64,000 nucleotides of DNA, taken from the NCBI GenBank assembly GCA_050248855.1, contig JBFWRP010000013.1, positions 49,797-113,796 of the forward strand. The letters are read 5' to 3'. Position numbers and translations under genes: made by a program. Origin of the DNA: Planctomycetota bacterium (lineage in GTDB: Bacteria > Planctomycetota > PLA2 > JAEUHO01). This document shows, in pieces, positions 30,901 through 39,351 of this stretch; the stretch's first letter is position 1; each line of letters opens with the position of its first letter. The notes under the pieces were generated by a model, which saw nothing but the letters and a program-made list of their open reading frames with translations, searched no databases and had not been told where the DNA came from.

Positions 30901-31443
30901 GCCGTCGCTGCCGAGTCCGCCGGCGACGAGGAAGCGTCCATCGGCCAGGGCCACGTGCGCCGGCGCAAAGCGGCCCGGGTCCCCACCGGGCAGCGGCACC
31001 TCGTCCACGGCCGGAGCGATCGAGAGCGTCCACGGCCCGCGGTGGCCGGCGTCGAGCAGCTCGCCGTCGGTGAGGCGCGCGATGTCGCCGAGGCTCCACG
31101 ACACGTCGGCTTCGGGAGCGAGCACGCCGCCAGGCACGATGGCGAGCGCGGTGCCCGAGCCATCGAGCGAGGTGGCGAACGGCGCCGGCAGCCCGTCGAC
31201 CAGCAGGGTCACCGTGGCCGGGCCGATCGTGAGCGGGTCCACCGGCCCGGCGAACGTGGCCCGCAGCACGAGCGTCGCCGGGTGCACGTCGCCGGCGCCA
31301 TCGGCGGGCAGGATCTGCACCACCTCCAGCGGGTCCGGCGTTGGCTCGGACGGCGTGCCCGAGCCACCACCCCCGCCGCACGCGGCGGCCAGCAGCGAAA
31401 GGCCTGAAATCAGGGTCAGGAGGGTCAGGCGGGGGCGGTACAC
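27997..31443 (-). CDS. Large surface lipoprotein: Ig-like, Kelch propeller, Ig-like, FG-GAP (integrin-alpha-like) repeats
   Basis: GGAGGAG RBS and GTG start, lipobox LAAAC, Kelch repeats (DGRVIVLGG...SEIYDP), two Big_5-like domains, and about seven FG-GAP repeats (FGYAVATGDVNGDGITD). Confidence 0.9.
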   Translation of the reverse strand: MYRPRLTLLTLISGLSLLAAACGGGGGSGTPSEPTPDPLEVVQILPADGAGDVHPATLVLRATFAGPVDPLTIGPATVTLLVDGLPAPFATSLDGSGTALAIVPGGVLAPEADVSWSLGDIARLTDGELLDAGHRGPWTLSIAPAVDEVPLPGGDPGRFAPAHVALADGRFLVAGGLGSDGVPRADAEIGTSTGFAWTPTAGSMTVARWKAGAARLPDGRVIVLGGFQDGAGLSATDSSEIYDPTTDLFVPGPLLAAARGDASVVTTTEGTIVVVGGSATETGPALTATVEALDPTALAMVTLADALPEARTRAIVVPLPGGTVLVAGGVDDAGTVLGSAAVILPEDDGEVDPLAGTLDTPREQAAAALAPTGNVFVFGGRDGSGNALASIEKYDPLTDTFTLLPASLSVARARAQAVVLANGAIALVGGELDGGGVAATIDVFDPSTESVLSTYALPIAATGAAVEALPGGGVVIYGGATSTARPPATSDARFVLGTQALGAAIAAPRVVALSPASGAAQVDVDAVVEVTFSKLVDESTLAGAVVVTDAENKPVTGTIQLLPDGLTARFVPDAPLGFQQRIHVEVLTTVQDLLGQSLVDDGTRFGVFTTTYDLVIGAADDGSQFGYAVATGDVNGDGITDVVASAYAAEVVPGSGQQVGQVYVLFGATGQGPSDLPLLRDLSTASGAADLTISFETHADQPGIESALQVGDFDDDGYADILVGVHSADGPLENESNRGEMFVIFGQASFPSPTLQLGKTAVAGFDILRVYGAASGDRFGEGMAMGDVDADGILDVLVGARFADVTGGSNVGAVYVIFGAPKATLGLVGGFAADQVGPGTTALAHLGLMGQDASDSLGWSAAALDIDGDGYDDMACGSTGGDGLTNSSSSAGEVIVWFGAPRATLLPGGGGLYREVRGGPSSPLPGFVVHGEDTSDFFAWGLGAGDYDGDGYDDLCGGALLADGRGNVGSNRGEVAVLFGGQRATLLPGGATWHAFHLGQVPPTALLRLHGEADGHSFGDAFVVADLDLDGNADLAIGDYQARGPLDSIGANVGEVTIVRGGAWLPLVGTLEFEVRTDGATHPTGQAPTRFYGKAVVVRYGTALAVGDLNDDGFPDLVTGANRAKGFGHLFANGGEVYVAWGRATWWK

Positions 31444-31469
31444 GGCGGCTCCTCCGATGGGGAGGGCTG

Positions 31470-31498
31470 CTTATAATGACATCGACTCGCAAAATCAA
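31470..31498 (-). promoter_or_regulatory. sigma70-like promoter containing a Fur-like box
   Basis: The minus strand reads TTGATT-TTGCGAGTCGATGTCAT-TATAAG (17-nt spacer). The motif recurs at 51405-51427. Confidence 0.55.
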
Positions 31499-31545
31499 GA
31501 TCAGGCACGATCCGGCGCTGAGACGGGCCGCCTAGACTCCCCCCC

Positions 31546-32178
31546 ATGAGTGAGTCGCTGCCGTTCTGGGAGCGGGGCTACGCAGATCCGACGGCCGAGG
31601 TGTTCGGGAGCGCCCCGAGCGAGGACGTCGTGGCATGCGCGTCCTTCCTCCCGCGTGGCGCCCGGGTCTTGGACGCTGGTTGCGGCGAGGGGCGCAATGC
31701 GCTGTGGCTCGCGAGCCAGGGGCACTGCGTGGACGCCGTGGACATCTCGACGCGCGGGATCGCCAAGCTGCTGAGCCGCGCCGGTCAGGCCGGCCTCGAG
31801 GTCCGTGCCTGGGTGGGCGACCTCTCCAACCTGGATCTTGACGGCGAGTACGACCTGATCGTCTGCCACGGCGTCTTGCACCTGCTCCACAAGGAACCCG
31901 CGGTTCACGCGGTCCGACGATTTCAGGCGCACACGCGCCAAGGAGGTGCCAACGTCATCTGCGTGTTCACGAATCGCGTACCGTGTCCGCCGGATCTCGT
32001 CGCCATCACACCAGCGTTGTGGGGCGAGGGCGAGCTGCCCGAGCTCTACGCGGGCTGGCGAATGACCGCCCATCGGGCGTACGTGTTCGAGGACGATCAT
32101 CCCGGCGGCGTCCACCACACGCATGCCGCGGAGCGAGTGACGGCGTGGAAGCAAGGAACTGGGTCTTGCGCTCCTTAG
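31546..32178 (+). CDS. Class I SAM-dependent methyltransferase (TehB-like)
   Basis: FWERGY, VLDAGCGEGRNALWLA, YDLIV and GELPELYAGW. Confidence 0.88.
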   Translation: MSESLPFWERGYADPTAEVFGSAPSEDVVACASFLPRGARVLDAGCGEGRNALWLASQGHCVDAVDISTRGIAKLLSRAGQAGLEVRAWVGDLSNLDLDGEYDLIVCHGVLHLLHKEPAVHAVRRFQAHTRQGGANVICVFTNRVPCPPDLVAITPALWGEGELPELYAGWRMTAHRAYVFEDDHPGGVHHTHAAERVTAWKQGTGSCAP

Positions 32179-33464
32179 CCGCCTCCACTGTTCTTCTCAC
32201 GCTCTTGGCGGCAAGCCTCCCAACGGCACGCGGCGACGTCACGGCCTCCGAGCGAACCAGGATCGAGAAGGGCTTCCGTGCCTACCTCGCGGCCGGCGAC
32301 GACAAGACCCGGGACACGGTCTGGAAGGGCATCGGGAAGCTCGCGGACAAGCTGTCGATCGAGGAGGTCGAAGAGCTCGTGCCCGCCGCCTCGATCGGAG
32401 ACGCGTGGGACGGCGGCTACACGGACGAGATCGCCTTCACCTCCGCCGGCGAAACGTGGACCTATTCGCTCATCCTGCCCCGCTCCAAGCCCAAGGGCCT
32501 GATCCCGCTCGTGGTCGACGTGGGCCACGGCTCGTGGAAGGACGCCGACGCCAAGCGTCGCGAGGAGGGCATGCGGACGTGGCTGCGAGCTGCGGGGGCT
32601 GGCGACGACGTCGCCTTCTTGCGCACGCGCGTCATCGACAAGCTGTCCCTGGACGGCCGATACGACGCGTGGACCGTGCCGCCCCGGCGCCCGCTCGACA
32701 AGCCCAACCTCGACACGGTGGGGACGGTCGTGCTGGAGGCGATCGGTGACGCATGTCGCCGCTACCCGATCGACCCGGATCGCATCCACGTGCAGGGCAT
32801 CTCGCAAACCGGCTACTGGACGTGGTGGCTGGCCCAGATGGCGCCCGACCGCTGGGCGTCGGCGGCGCCTGTCGGCTCCGTCACGATGCACGTCCGGAAG
32901 ATGGTGCCCAACGTCGTGGGCCTGCCCCTGTTCGTGCTCCACGGCACAGCCGATCCCACCTGCCCCTTCGCCCAAGCAAAGGGCATGGTCGACGACGTGA
33001 GGGCCGCCGGCGGCAACGTGGACTTCCGCCCCACCGAGGGGGGCGGGCACATGGACGGCGTGTTCGTGCGCTTCGGCGAGATCTGGCCCGAGATGGCCAA
33101 GCAGACGCGCAATGCATACCCCAAGCGCGTGGAGCGCAAGATCACGAGCGCGCTGCGGCCCGGCGCGTACTGGCTGGAGGCCCGGGGCATCGAGGCGAGC
33201 GAGTTCAATCCCTGGGGGCCCCCCTGCCATCTGACCGGCAGCGTGGACGACCAGGTCATCGAGGTCACGGCATCCGGATGCAAGCAAGTCACGGTCTTCC
33301 TCTCGCCGAAGCTCGTCGACGTCACGAAGACCGTGACCATCAAGCTGCAGGGCACGACGGCCTGGCGCGGCACGCCCAAGCCCGATCCTCGCGGCGCCCT
33401 GGACCTGGCGCGTGTCCGTGGCGACGCCGTCACCTACGGCGCCAACGTGACGCTGGAGCCCTGA
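32145..33464 (+). CDS. Secreted alpha/beta hydrolase (esterase/peptidase-like)
   Basis: Signal-like N-terminus, IDPDRIHVQGISQTG (nucleophile elbow), HGTADP and GGGH. Start approximate. Confidence 0.8.
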   Translation: MEARNWVLRSLAASTVLLTLLAASLPTARGDVTASERTRIEKGFRAYLAAGDDKTRDTVWKGIGKLADKLSIEEVEELVPAASIGDAWDGGYTDEIAFTSAGETWTYSLILPRSKPKGLIPLVVDVGHGSWKDADAKRREEGMRTWLRAAGAGDDVAFLRTRVIDKLSLDGRYDAWTVPPRRPLDKPNLDTVGTVVLEAIGDACRRYPIDPDRIHVQGISQTGYWTWWLAQMAPDRWASAAPVGSVTMHVRKMVPNVVGLPLFVLHGTADPTCPFAQAKGMVDDVRAAGGNVDFRPTEGGGHMDGVFVRFGEIWPEMAKQTRNAYPKRVERKITSALRPGAYWLEARGIEASEFNPWGPPCHLTGSVDDQVIEVTASGCKQVTVFLSPKLVDVTKTVTIKLQGTTAWRGTPKPDPRGALDLARVRGDAVTYGANVTLEP

Positions 33465-33472
33465 CCCCGCCG

Positions 33473-34426
33473 ATGGGCGAAGCTCTCCCCCACATCCCGC
33501 GCGCCAGCATCGTGCTGCCCACCTTCAACCGGCGGACCCTGGTCGGCGAGGCCATCGAGTCGGTCTTGGCGCAGACGGAGCGCTCCTTCGAGCTGATCGT
33601 CGTGGACGACGGTTCGACCGACGGGACGGCCGAGTACCTCGTGGCCCGCTATGCCGACGAACCGCGGGTCCACGTGATCCGCAAGCTGAACGGCGGGAGC
33701 GCGTCGGCCCGCAACCGGGGCCTGGACGACGTCCGGGCGCCGTGGACGGCTTTCCTCGACAGCGACGACGTCTGGGACCCGACCTACCTCGCGCGGCAGC
33801 TCGCCACGGCCGATGCACACCCGGACGCCGACGCGATCGTGGCGGACCTGCGCTTGGAAGGGCCCTGGCACCGCGCCGGGGACACGGTGTTCGCACTGCC
33901 CGGCTGGCGTCCGGCGACCTCCATGTCGGCGATGCTCGACGGCGGTTGGGCGCTTCCGACGGCGACCCTGTTCCGATCAAGCGTCATCAAGCGGCTTCGC
34001 TTCGATACCGAGTACAGCCACAACGAGGACACCGAGCTGCTGTTCCGCTTCCACGCAAACGGCCATCGCCTGGTGCTCAACCGAGAGGTCCTCGGAGCTT
34101 GGCGCCGACACGGCGAGGCGGACGCCCAGCCCCAGAAGACGCTCTCCGAGGATGGTCTGACCGTGGAGCACCTCGTGCTCTTGGAGATGTACGCCCATCC
34201 CGAGCCGCGTCCGCGCGCGATCCGTCGTCGCATCGCACGCATGCACGCCAAGCGCCTGCTGCGCGACGGCCGCTGGAAGACCGCGCGTCCCTACCTCTGG
34301 CAGTGGTGGCGCCTGCGCCCGACGTCCACGCGCGCCATGCGGCTGCTCGTGAAGAGCTACCTCGCCTCGGGAGCACGAGGCGAGGTCGGCCAAGCCGCTA
34401 CTTGCGCTCGACCCAGTCCGGATTGA
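33473..34426 (+). CDS. Glycosyltransferase family 2
   Basis: SIVLPTFNR, IVVDDGSTD, ARNRG, FLDSDD and ED motifs. Confidence 0.92.
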   Translation: MGEALPHIPRASIVLPTFNRRTLVGEAIESVLAQTERSFELIVVDDGSTDGTAEYLVARYADEPRVHVIRKLNGGSASARNRGLDDVRAPWTAFLDSDDVWDPTYLARQLATADAHPDADAIVADLRLEGPWHRAGDTVFALPGWRPATSMSAMLDGGWALPTATLFRSSVIKRLRFDTEYSHNEDTELLFRFHANGHRLVLNREVLGAWRRHGEADAQPQKTLSEDGLTVEHLVLLEMYAHPEPRPRAIRRRIARMHAKRLLRDGRWKTARPYLWQWWRLRPTSTRAMRLLVKSYLASGARGEVGQAATCARPSPD

Positions 34427-35690
34427 TCTCGGCCAGGGAGCGGCGCTCGCTGCGTCGGGTGTGGGGCGGGTTCCCCTCCTTGAACGTGCAGTCGATCAGG
34501 CGAACGCCTCGTTCGTTGGCGACGAGCTGGGAGCGCTCGCGCGCTTCGAGATCGACGAACGTCACGCGGTCGTAGACCACCAAGCTGTCGGAACGTCGAG
34601 GGCCCACATCGCCGATGGGGCCCACGATCGTGCAATTCTCCAGGCGAGCGAGCAACACATCGCTCACGCGCCAGAGATTGCCCCTCCACGCAGACCTTCC
34701 GAAACCGGCTTCCAGGCGACTGTCGGTGGCATGGACGGCTCCCAGGCCTCCGTTGAATGCGGTGGAGCTGCCCGCACCCATGTCGAACCCCACGACCCGA
34801 CAGCGCTCCAAGCGCAGGGTGAAGCCCTTGCGCAGCTCCACGAAGTAGTTGTCGTTGCAGTCCACGGTGAGGTCGCGAAACGTCAGGTTGACGACGTCTT
34901 TGTTGATGTCGAGCTCCCGGTCGAGCACCAGCAGCGACCGGTCCATGCCCACCCCTTCGAAGGTGAGGTCGTGCGGGAAGGCCCCCTCCTGCGTGACGCG
35001 ACGCACGAGGCTTGCCTTGAGCAGCGAGCGGCCAGCGGGAACGAACACCGTGTCGCCATGGCCCAGCTCGCGGGGGTCGTCGTTGACCCGCTCCACGCTC
35101 ACGCGACCCCCGGACGCCCGGGGCGTGAAGTAGCTGCCGAGCTGCTCGGCCGAGGAGAGCAAGGCAACGGGTGCAACCCACTTGTCGTCCAGGCTCCGCA
35201 CCAGGTCGAGCAGCCCACCCCGCTCGAGGTCGGCAAGGCGCGCCGCCTCGGCGGCCAGCTCGTCATCGACCAAGCGTGCGGCAATGGCCTCGGCGTCTGC
35301 GACCTGCTGCTCCGCGTTGGCGATCCGCGCGACAGCCGCTCTCCGCACGATCTCGGTACGAGCCTCGATGAGCGCGTCCCGATCCTCGGGCCGGATCCGA
35401 GGCCGCGGGGCCGGAGCGGACTCGGCGGCGCCCGTCGTCGGTGACGGCGGGGAGGGAGCGCGCCGCGGCACCGGCGCCGGAGCGCCCGCCAGTCCCGGCG
35501 TACCCGATGGCGCCTGTGGAAGCGAGCCGGGAAGCACCCCTCCGGGGCCAACGGTCTCGGCGGCGCCGGCCGCAACCGTGGATCCGACGGTCGGCGTCGG
35601 TACGTGGCCGCGGTCCACGCCCAGCGCCCACATCAGCGCCGCACCCGCCAAGCCGCCCACCACGAACGCAGCCAAGATCCTCACACTCAT
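34398..35690 (-). CDS. Membrane-anchored protein with Pro-rich linker and probable beta-helix domain
   Basis: N-terminal TM, Pro/Ala linker, helical segment, then LTFEGVGMDRS...LTFRDLTVDC...LERCRVVG repeats. Confidence 0.7.
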   Translation of the reverse strand: MSVRILAAFVVGGLAGAALMWALGVDRGHVPTPTVGSTVAAGAAETVGPGGVLPGSLPQAPSGTPGLAGAPAPVPRRAPSPPSPTTGAAESAPAPRPRIRPEDRDALIEARTEIVRRAAVARIANAEQQVADAEAIAARLVDDELAAEAARLADLERGGLLDLVRSLDDKWVAPVALLSSAEQLGSYFTPRASGGRVSVERVNDDPRELGHGDTVFVPAGRSLLKASLVRRVTQEGAFPHDLTFEGVGMDRSLLVLDRELDINKDVVNLTFRDLTVDCNDNYFVELRKGFTLRLERCRVVGFDMGAGSSTAFNGGLGAVHATDSRLEAGFGRSAWRGNLWRVSDVLLARLENCTIVGPIGDVGPRRSDSLVVYDRVTFVDLEARERSQLVANERGVRLIDCTFKEGNPPHTRRSERRSLAEINPDWVERK

Positions 35691-35885
35691 GCACCCAGCG
35701 TAGCGAAACGCAGCGGGCAATGCTTGGTGAGGTCCTCGGTCCCGCGCTCAGCGCAGCCAACGGACGATCCCGGAGACCTCCACCCGGGGCCAAGGCGGGC
35801 TGCCTCCTCGGGGACTTGTCGCAGAATCAGACCGTGAACTCCCGTACGTCGTCGGAGCTCGTGTCGGCGGCGCGGCTCTGCGCTG

Positions 35886-36596
35886 CTAGTCGGCCGTGGG
35901 CGTGACCCCCACCACGAGGTCCTTGCGCCCGTCGAGCTCACCGATCTTCGAGTCGGCCACGGTGCGGTAGTCGACGGTGACCAAGCGCTGCCCGGCGGCA
36001 CCGAGCGATCGATAGATGCGGTCGCGTGCGTTCTGGGCCACGCCCGCCGTGTAAAGCTGTGTCGTCAGGACGCGCCGCCGGCGATGGCTGACGGCCACGT
36101 GGATGTGGGGCGTGCGGCCGGGGTACGCCACCGGAAGGATCGTACGGAAGCGGTACTCGCCCTTGGCGTTGGTCACGAAGTGTCCGTAGCCCTGGAAGCC
36201 GGGGTCACGCCGAGCACGGTTCGAGCTGCGCGAGTGGATGTAGGCCCCGTTGTTGTCGACCTGCCAGATTTCCACGAAGGCGTTGCGGACGGGGCTGCCC
36301 GCCGGTGTGAGCACGCGCCCGGACAGATGCACGATGCGCCCGAGAGCCGGCGTGGTGCGATCGCCCACGATGACCAAGTCGTTGTCGCGATCCAGGGGAA
36401 GCCGATCGGGGTAGAACGGTCCCTCCGTCTGGCGGGGCGTCAGCGGGAGCTGCTCGTCCAGTGCCTCCGCGAACACGCCCGGCACAAGCCACGCGGCGGC
36501 GCCCAGGGCGAAGCCCTCGAGCACACGACGACGGGCGACGAGGGCATCCAGGCGCGCTTGGCTTGTGGCGGGAACGGCGGCCTCGCGGGGTTGCAT
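35886..36596 (-). CDS. Intradiol ring-cleavage dioxygenase family (protocatechuate 3,4-dioxygenase-like), probable Tat substrate
   Basis: TEGPFYP, VEIWQVD...GAY, YPGRTPHIH and TTQLY. RRRVLEG is a twin-arginine-like leader. Confidence 0.9.
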   Translation of the reverse strand: MQPREAAVPATSQARLDALVARRRVLEGFALGAAAWLVPGVFAEALDEQLPLTPRQTEGPFYPDRLPLDRDNDLVIVGDRTTPALGRIVHLSGRVLTPAGSPVRNAFVEIWQVDNNGAYIHSRSSNRARRDPGFQGYGHFVTNAKGEYRFRTILPVAYPGRTPHIHVAVSHRRRRVLTTQLYTAGVAQNARDRIYRSLGAAGQRLVTVDYRTVADSKIGELDGRKDLVVGVTPTAD

Positions 36597-36780
36597 GGCG
36601 AGCTCCAGGGAGATGATGCTGCGCGATACTCGCGCACCGGTACGGGGAGTGTGCGGGTGGGCGAGGCCCGCGCCGGCAGAATCGCCGTGGCACCTTGCGG
36701 ACGCCTTGCGCGTCGACGTGTCCGCCGATGTCAGCGACAGCCTGCGTCTGTCGCGTCGTCGGCCGTAGGGTGATCCGCCC

Positions 36781-37275
36781 ATGCACACGCTCGACGCCAA
36801 GCAGCTGATCGAACATCTCGGGCTCGCGCCGCTGCCCCAGGAGGGGGGTTGGTACCGGGAGACGTACCGCTCGCCGGTGACCTGCCGCACCCCTCGCGGC
36901 GAGCGGAGCCTGGCCACCGCCATCTACTACCTGCTTACGCCCGAGACGTTCTCGGCGTGGCACCGCCTACCCGGCGACGAGATCTACCACGTCTACGCGG
37001 GCGACCCGGTCGAGCTGTTCACGATCGACGCCTCGGGCATCCTGCGACGGACGGTCTTGGGGACCAGGCTCGATCGCGGCGAGAGCCCCCAACACCTCGT
37101 TCTCGGCGGCGCGTGGCAGGCCTCGCGTCTCGTTGCGGGCGGCTCCGTGGCCCTCCTGGGCACCACGATGTCGCCGGGCTTCGACTTCGCCGACTACGAG
37201 CATGGCGAGCGAGGCAACCTGCTCGACGCGTACCCGACCCACGCGACGCACGTCACCGAGCTCACGCGTCCCTAG
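36781..37275 (+). CDS. Cupin_5 (DUF985) family protein
   Basis: LGLAPLPQEGGWYRETY, TAIYYLL, WHRL and MSPGFDFADYE. Confidence 0.92.
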   Translation: MHTLDAKQLIEHLGLAPLPQEGGWYRETYRSPVTCRTPRGERSLATAIYYLLTPETFSAWHRLPGDEIYHVYAGDPVELFTIDASGILRRTVLGTRLDRGESPQHLVLGGAWQASRLVAGGSVALLGTTMSPGFDFADYEHGERGNLLDAYPTHATHVTELTRP

Positions 37276-38246
37276 ACGCGGAGCCCCAGAGCGGGCTGTC
37301 CATTGCGAATGCGCCGCGTGGCGTCCTCCATGAACCGAACGAGGTCCGGTGATCGATCGGCGGGATCGATGCTTCGCGACACGACGGCCCGCAGCTCTTG
37401 CTCGCGCAAGTCGAGGAACAGCCCAAGAGCCCCGCGCATGGCTTCCGGCAGATGGTGCTCCGTCTCGTAGCCGGACCACAGGTCGCGACGGTGGGCCTCG
37501 AAGCGAGCTTGACGCTCATCGGGGTCCTGGATGCTCATGACCGCGTAGTACAGGACGATCGCCATGTCGCTGACGAACCAGAAGTCCAGCATGTCCTCGA
37601 AGTCGAACAGCGTGGGACGCCCCTCGTGCCAGAAGATGTTGCCCTGGTGCGGGTCGGTGTGCATGGGGCCAAAGGACCCCGCGTCGCGCGGCAAGGCGCT
37701 GATGCGCTCGACGAGCAGCTGCAAAGCCGCCAAGACCACCTCGTCCTCGCGAGCGAGCTCCGCGTAGGCCGCAGACTGCGCCTCCCACGTGGATCGGGCG
37801 CACGGGGCGGGCGGGCCCGGGTAGCTCGTGGCCAGGCGGTGCAGCTGGCCGATCAGCGCGCCCCAGCGCTGGAGGACGTCGGGGGACAGCTCGTCCGGAC
37901 GCAGGCAGCGTCCGGGCGCCTTCTCCCAGCTCGTCACGTGGAATGCGCCGTCGGCTGAAGCCACCGTCGCCAGCAGCTCCCCGCTCGCGAGCGGGAGTGG
38001 GCGCGCGACGGGGGCCCCGTGGTCGGCGACGTGGGAGACGAAGTGGAGCTCGGCGCCCATCTCCTCGGGCGTCCGCCGTCCACCCCACGTCGCCTTCACG
38101 ATGCGCGGTCGGCCCTCGACGACGGCCTCGTGCACGAAGCTCTCGAAGCCGCCCAGATCGACAAGCTGGTCCGGCGCGACACCCACGGCCTGGGCCACCC
38201 GGCAGCGGACCGGATCCGTGTACTGCGCGCGCGTGCGGGCATCCAA
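37272..38246 (-). CDS. APH-family phosphotransferase (type II homoserine kinase/RdoA-like)
   Basis: GGFESFV, GALIGQLH, HTDPHQGN and LFDFED. Confidence 0.85.
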   Translation of the reverse strand: MDARTRAQYTDPVRCRVAQAVGVAPDQLVDLGGFESFVHEAVVEGRPRIVKATWGGRRTPEEMGAELHFVSHVADHGAPVARPLPLASGELLATVASADGAFHVTSWEKAPGRCLRPDELSPDVLQRWGALIGQLHRLATSYPGPPAPCARSTWEAQSAAYAELAREDEVVLAALQLLVERISALPRDAGSFGPMHTDPHQGNIFWHEGRPTLFDFEDMLDFWFVSDMAIVLYYAVMSIQDPDERQARFEAHRRDLWSGYETEHHLPEAMRGALGLFLDLREQELRAVVSRSIDPADRSPDLVRFMEDATRRIRNGQPALGLRV

Positions 38247-38353
38247 GCGGAGCCTCCTCCGCGCAGACTCTACGGGTGCTGGAAGGTCAGGGCCACGCAG
38301 CGAGTAGCCACCGCGGGAGACTCGACATGCGCCGCCGCCTACACTCGCCGGCC

Positions 38354-39208
38354 ATGCGGATCGGCTTGGTCACGTGCGCAGAGTTGCCCGAGCCCGATCC
38401 CGATGCTCCCCGGTTGCACGCCGCGCTTGCCGCGCGCGGACACGAACCTGAGCTCGTGCCCTGGGACGGCGAGGGCGATCGGCTGGCGTCGTTCGATCTG
38501 CTCCTGCTGCGCAGTCCCTGGAACTACTACCGGGCGCACGAGCGCTTCCTGGCCTGGGTCGACCACGCTGCGCACGTCGCCCAGCTCGTGAACCCACCCG
38601 ACGTCGTGCGCTGGAACCTGCACAAGGGCTACCTGCTCGAGCTCGCGAGCCGTGGCGTCCCCATCGTGCCGAGCCGCGTGGTGGCCCGCGGCTCGGCGGA
38701 TGGCGTCCGTGAGGTCCTGGAGGATGCGGGGTGGCACGACGTCGTCGTGAAGCCGTGCATCTCGGCGGCCTCGTGGCGCACCCGGTGCTTCCTGCAGGGC
38801 CAGACGGACGAGGCAGCGCGCTACGCCCGGCTGCTCGCCGTGGACGGCGACGTGCTCGTCCAGCCGTTCCAGCCGGGCGCCGTCGACCCCGGCGAGCGCT
38901 CCCTGATCTGGATCGACGGAGCGATCACGCATGCGATCCGCAAGCGGCCGCGCTTCGATGGCCAGGACGAGGCGGTCACGGCCGACGCACCACCCACCTC
39001 CGACGAGCGGGCCCTGGTCGCCCGGATCCTGGCGCCGTTCGCCGAGCGCATCGCGTACGCGCGCATCGACCTGTTCCCCACCGCCCGAGGCGGTCCCCTC
39101 GTCTCCGAGGTCGAGCTTGTCGAGCCATCCCTGTTCTTCCGGTACGGGCCGGAAGCCCTCCCACGCCTGATCCGGGGACTCGAGCGCTGCCGTGCCGCGG
39201 GCGCGTAG
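38354..39208 (+). CDS. ATP-grasp protein (RimK/glutathione synthetase-like)
   Basis: RSPWNY, NLHKGYL, VVKPCISA, YARID and EVELVEPSLF. Confidence 0.88.
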   Translation: MRIGLVTCAELPEPDPDAPRLHAALAARGHEPELVPWDGEGDRLASFDLLLLRSPWNYYRAHERFLAWVDHAAHVAQLVNPPDVVRWNLHKGYLLELASRGVPIVPSRVVARGSADGVREVLEDAGWHDVVVKPCISAASWRTRCFLQGQTDEAARYARLLAVDGDVLVQPFQPGAVDPGERSLIWIDGAITHAIRKRPRFDGQDEAVTADAPPTSDERALVARILAPFAERIAYARIDLFPTARGGPLVSEVELVEPSLFFRYGPEALPRLIRGLERCRAAGA

Positions 39209-39351
39209 GGCCCGTCGGGGGCGGGGCCCCCTCTCCTGTCCTGGCGGCAGGCGCCAGCGCACTTGGGTAGGACAGCGGCATCTCGCCACCCGGTAGGCTG
39301 GGTGCCGCAGGCGCGGGGACGCGGCTGCAGCCCCGCTCCCGCGGAGGTCCC

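Noticed and set aside
28057..31407. Long antisense and alternate-frame ORFs (for example 28057-31407, 46828-48864, 59885-62218, 17275-19557)
   Set aside because: These are shadow ORFs typical of high-GC DNA. They overlap motif-supported genes and are Arg/Ala/Gly-rich with no domain motifs.
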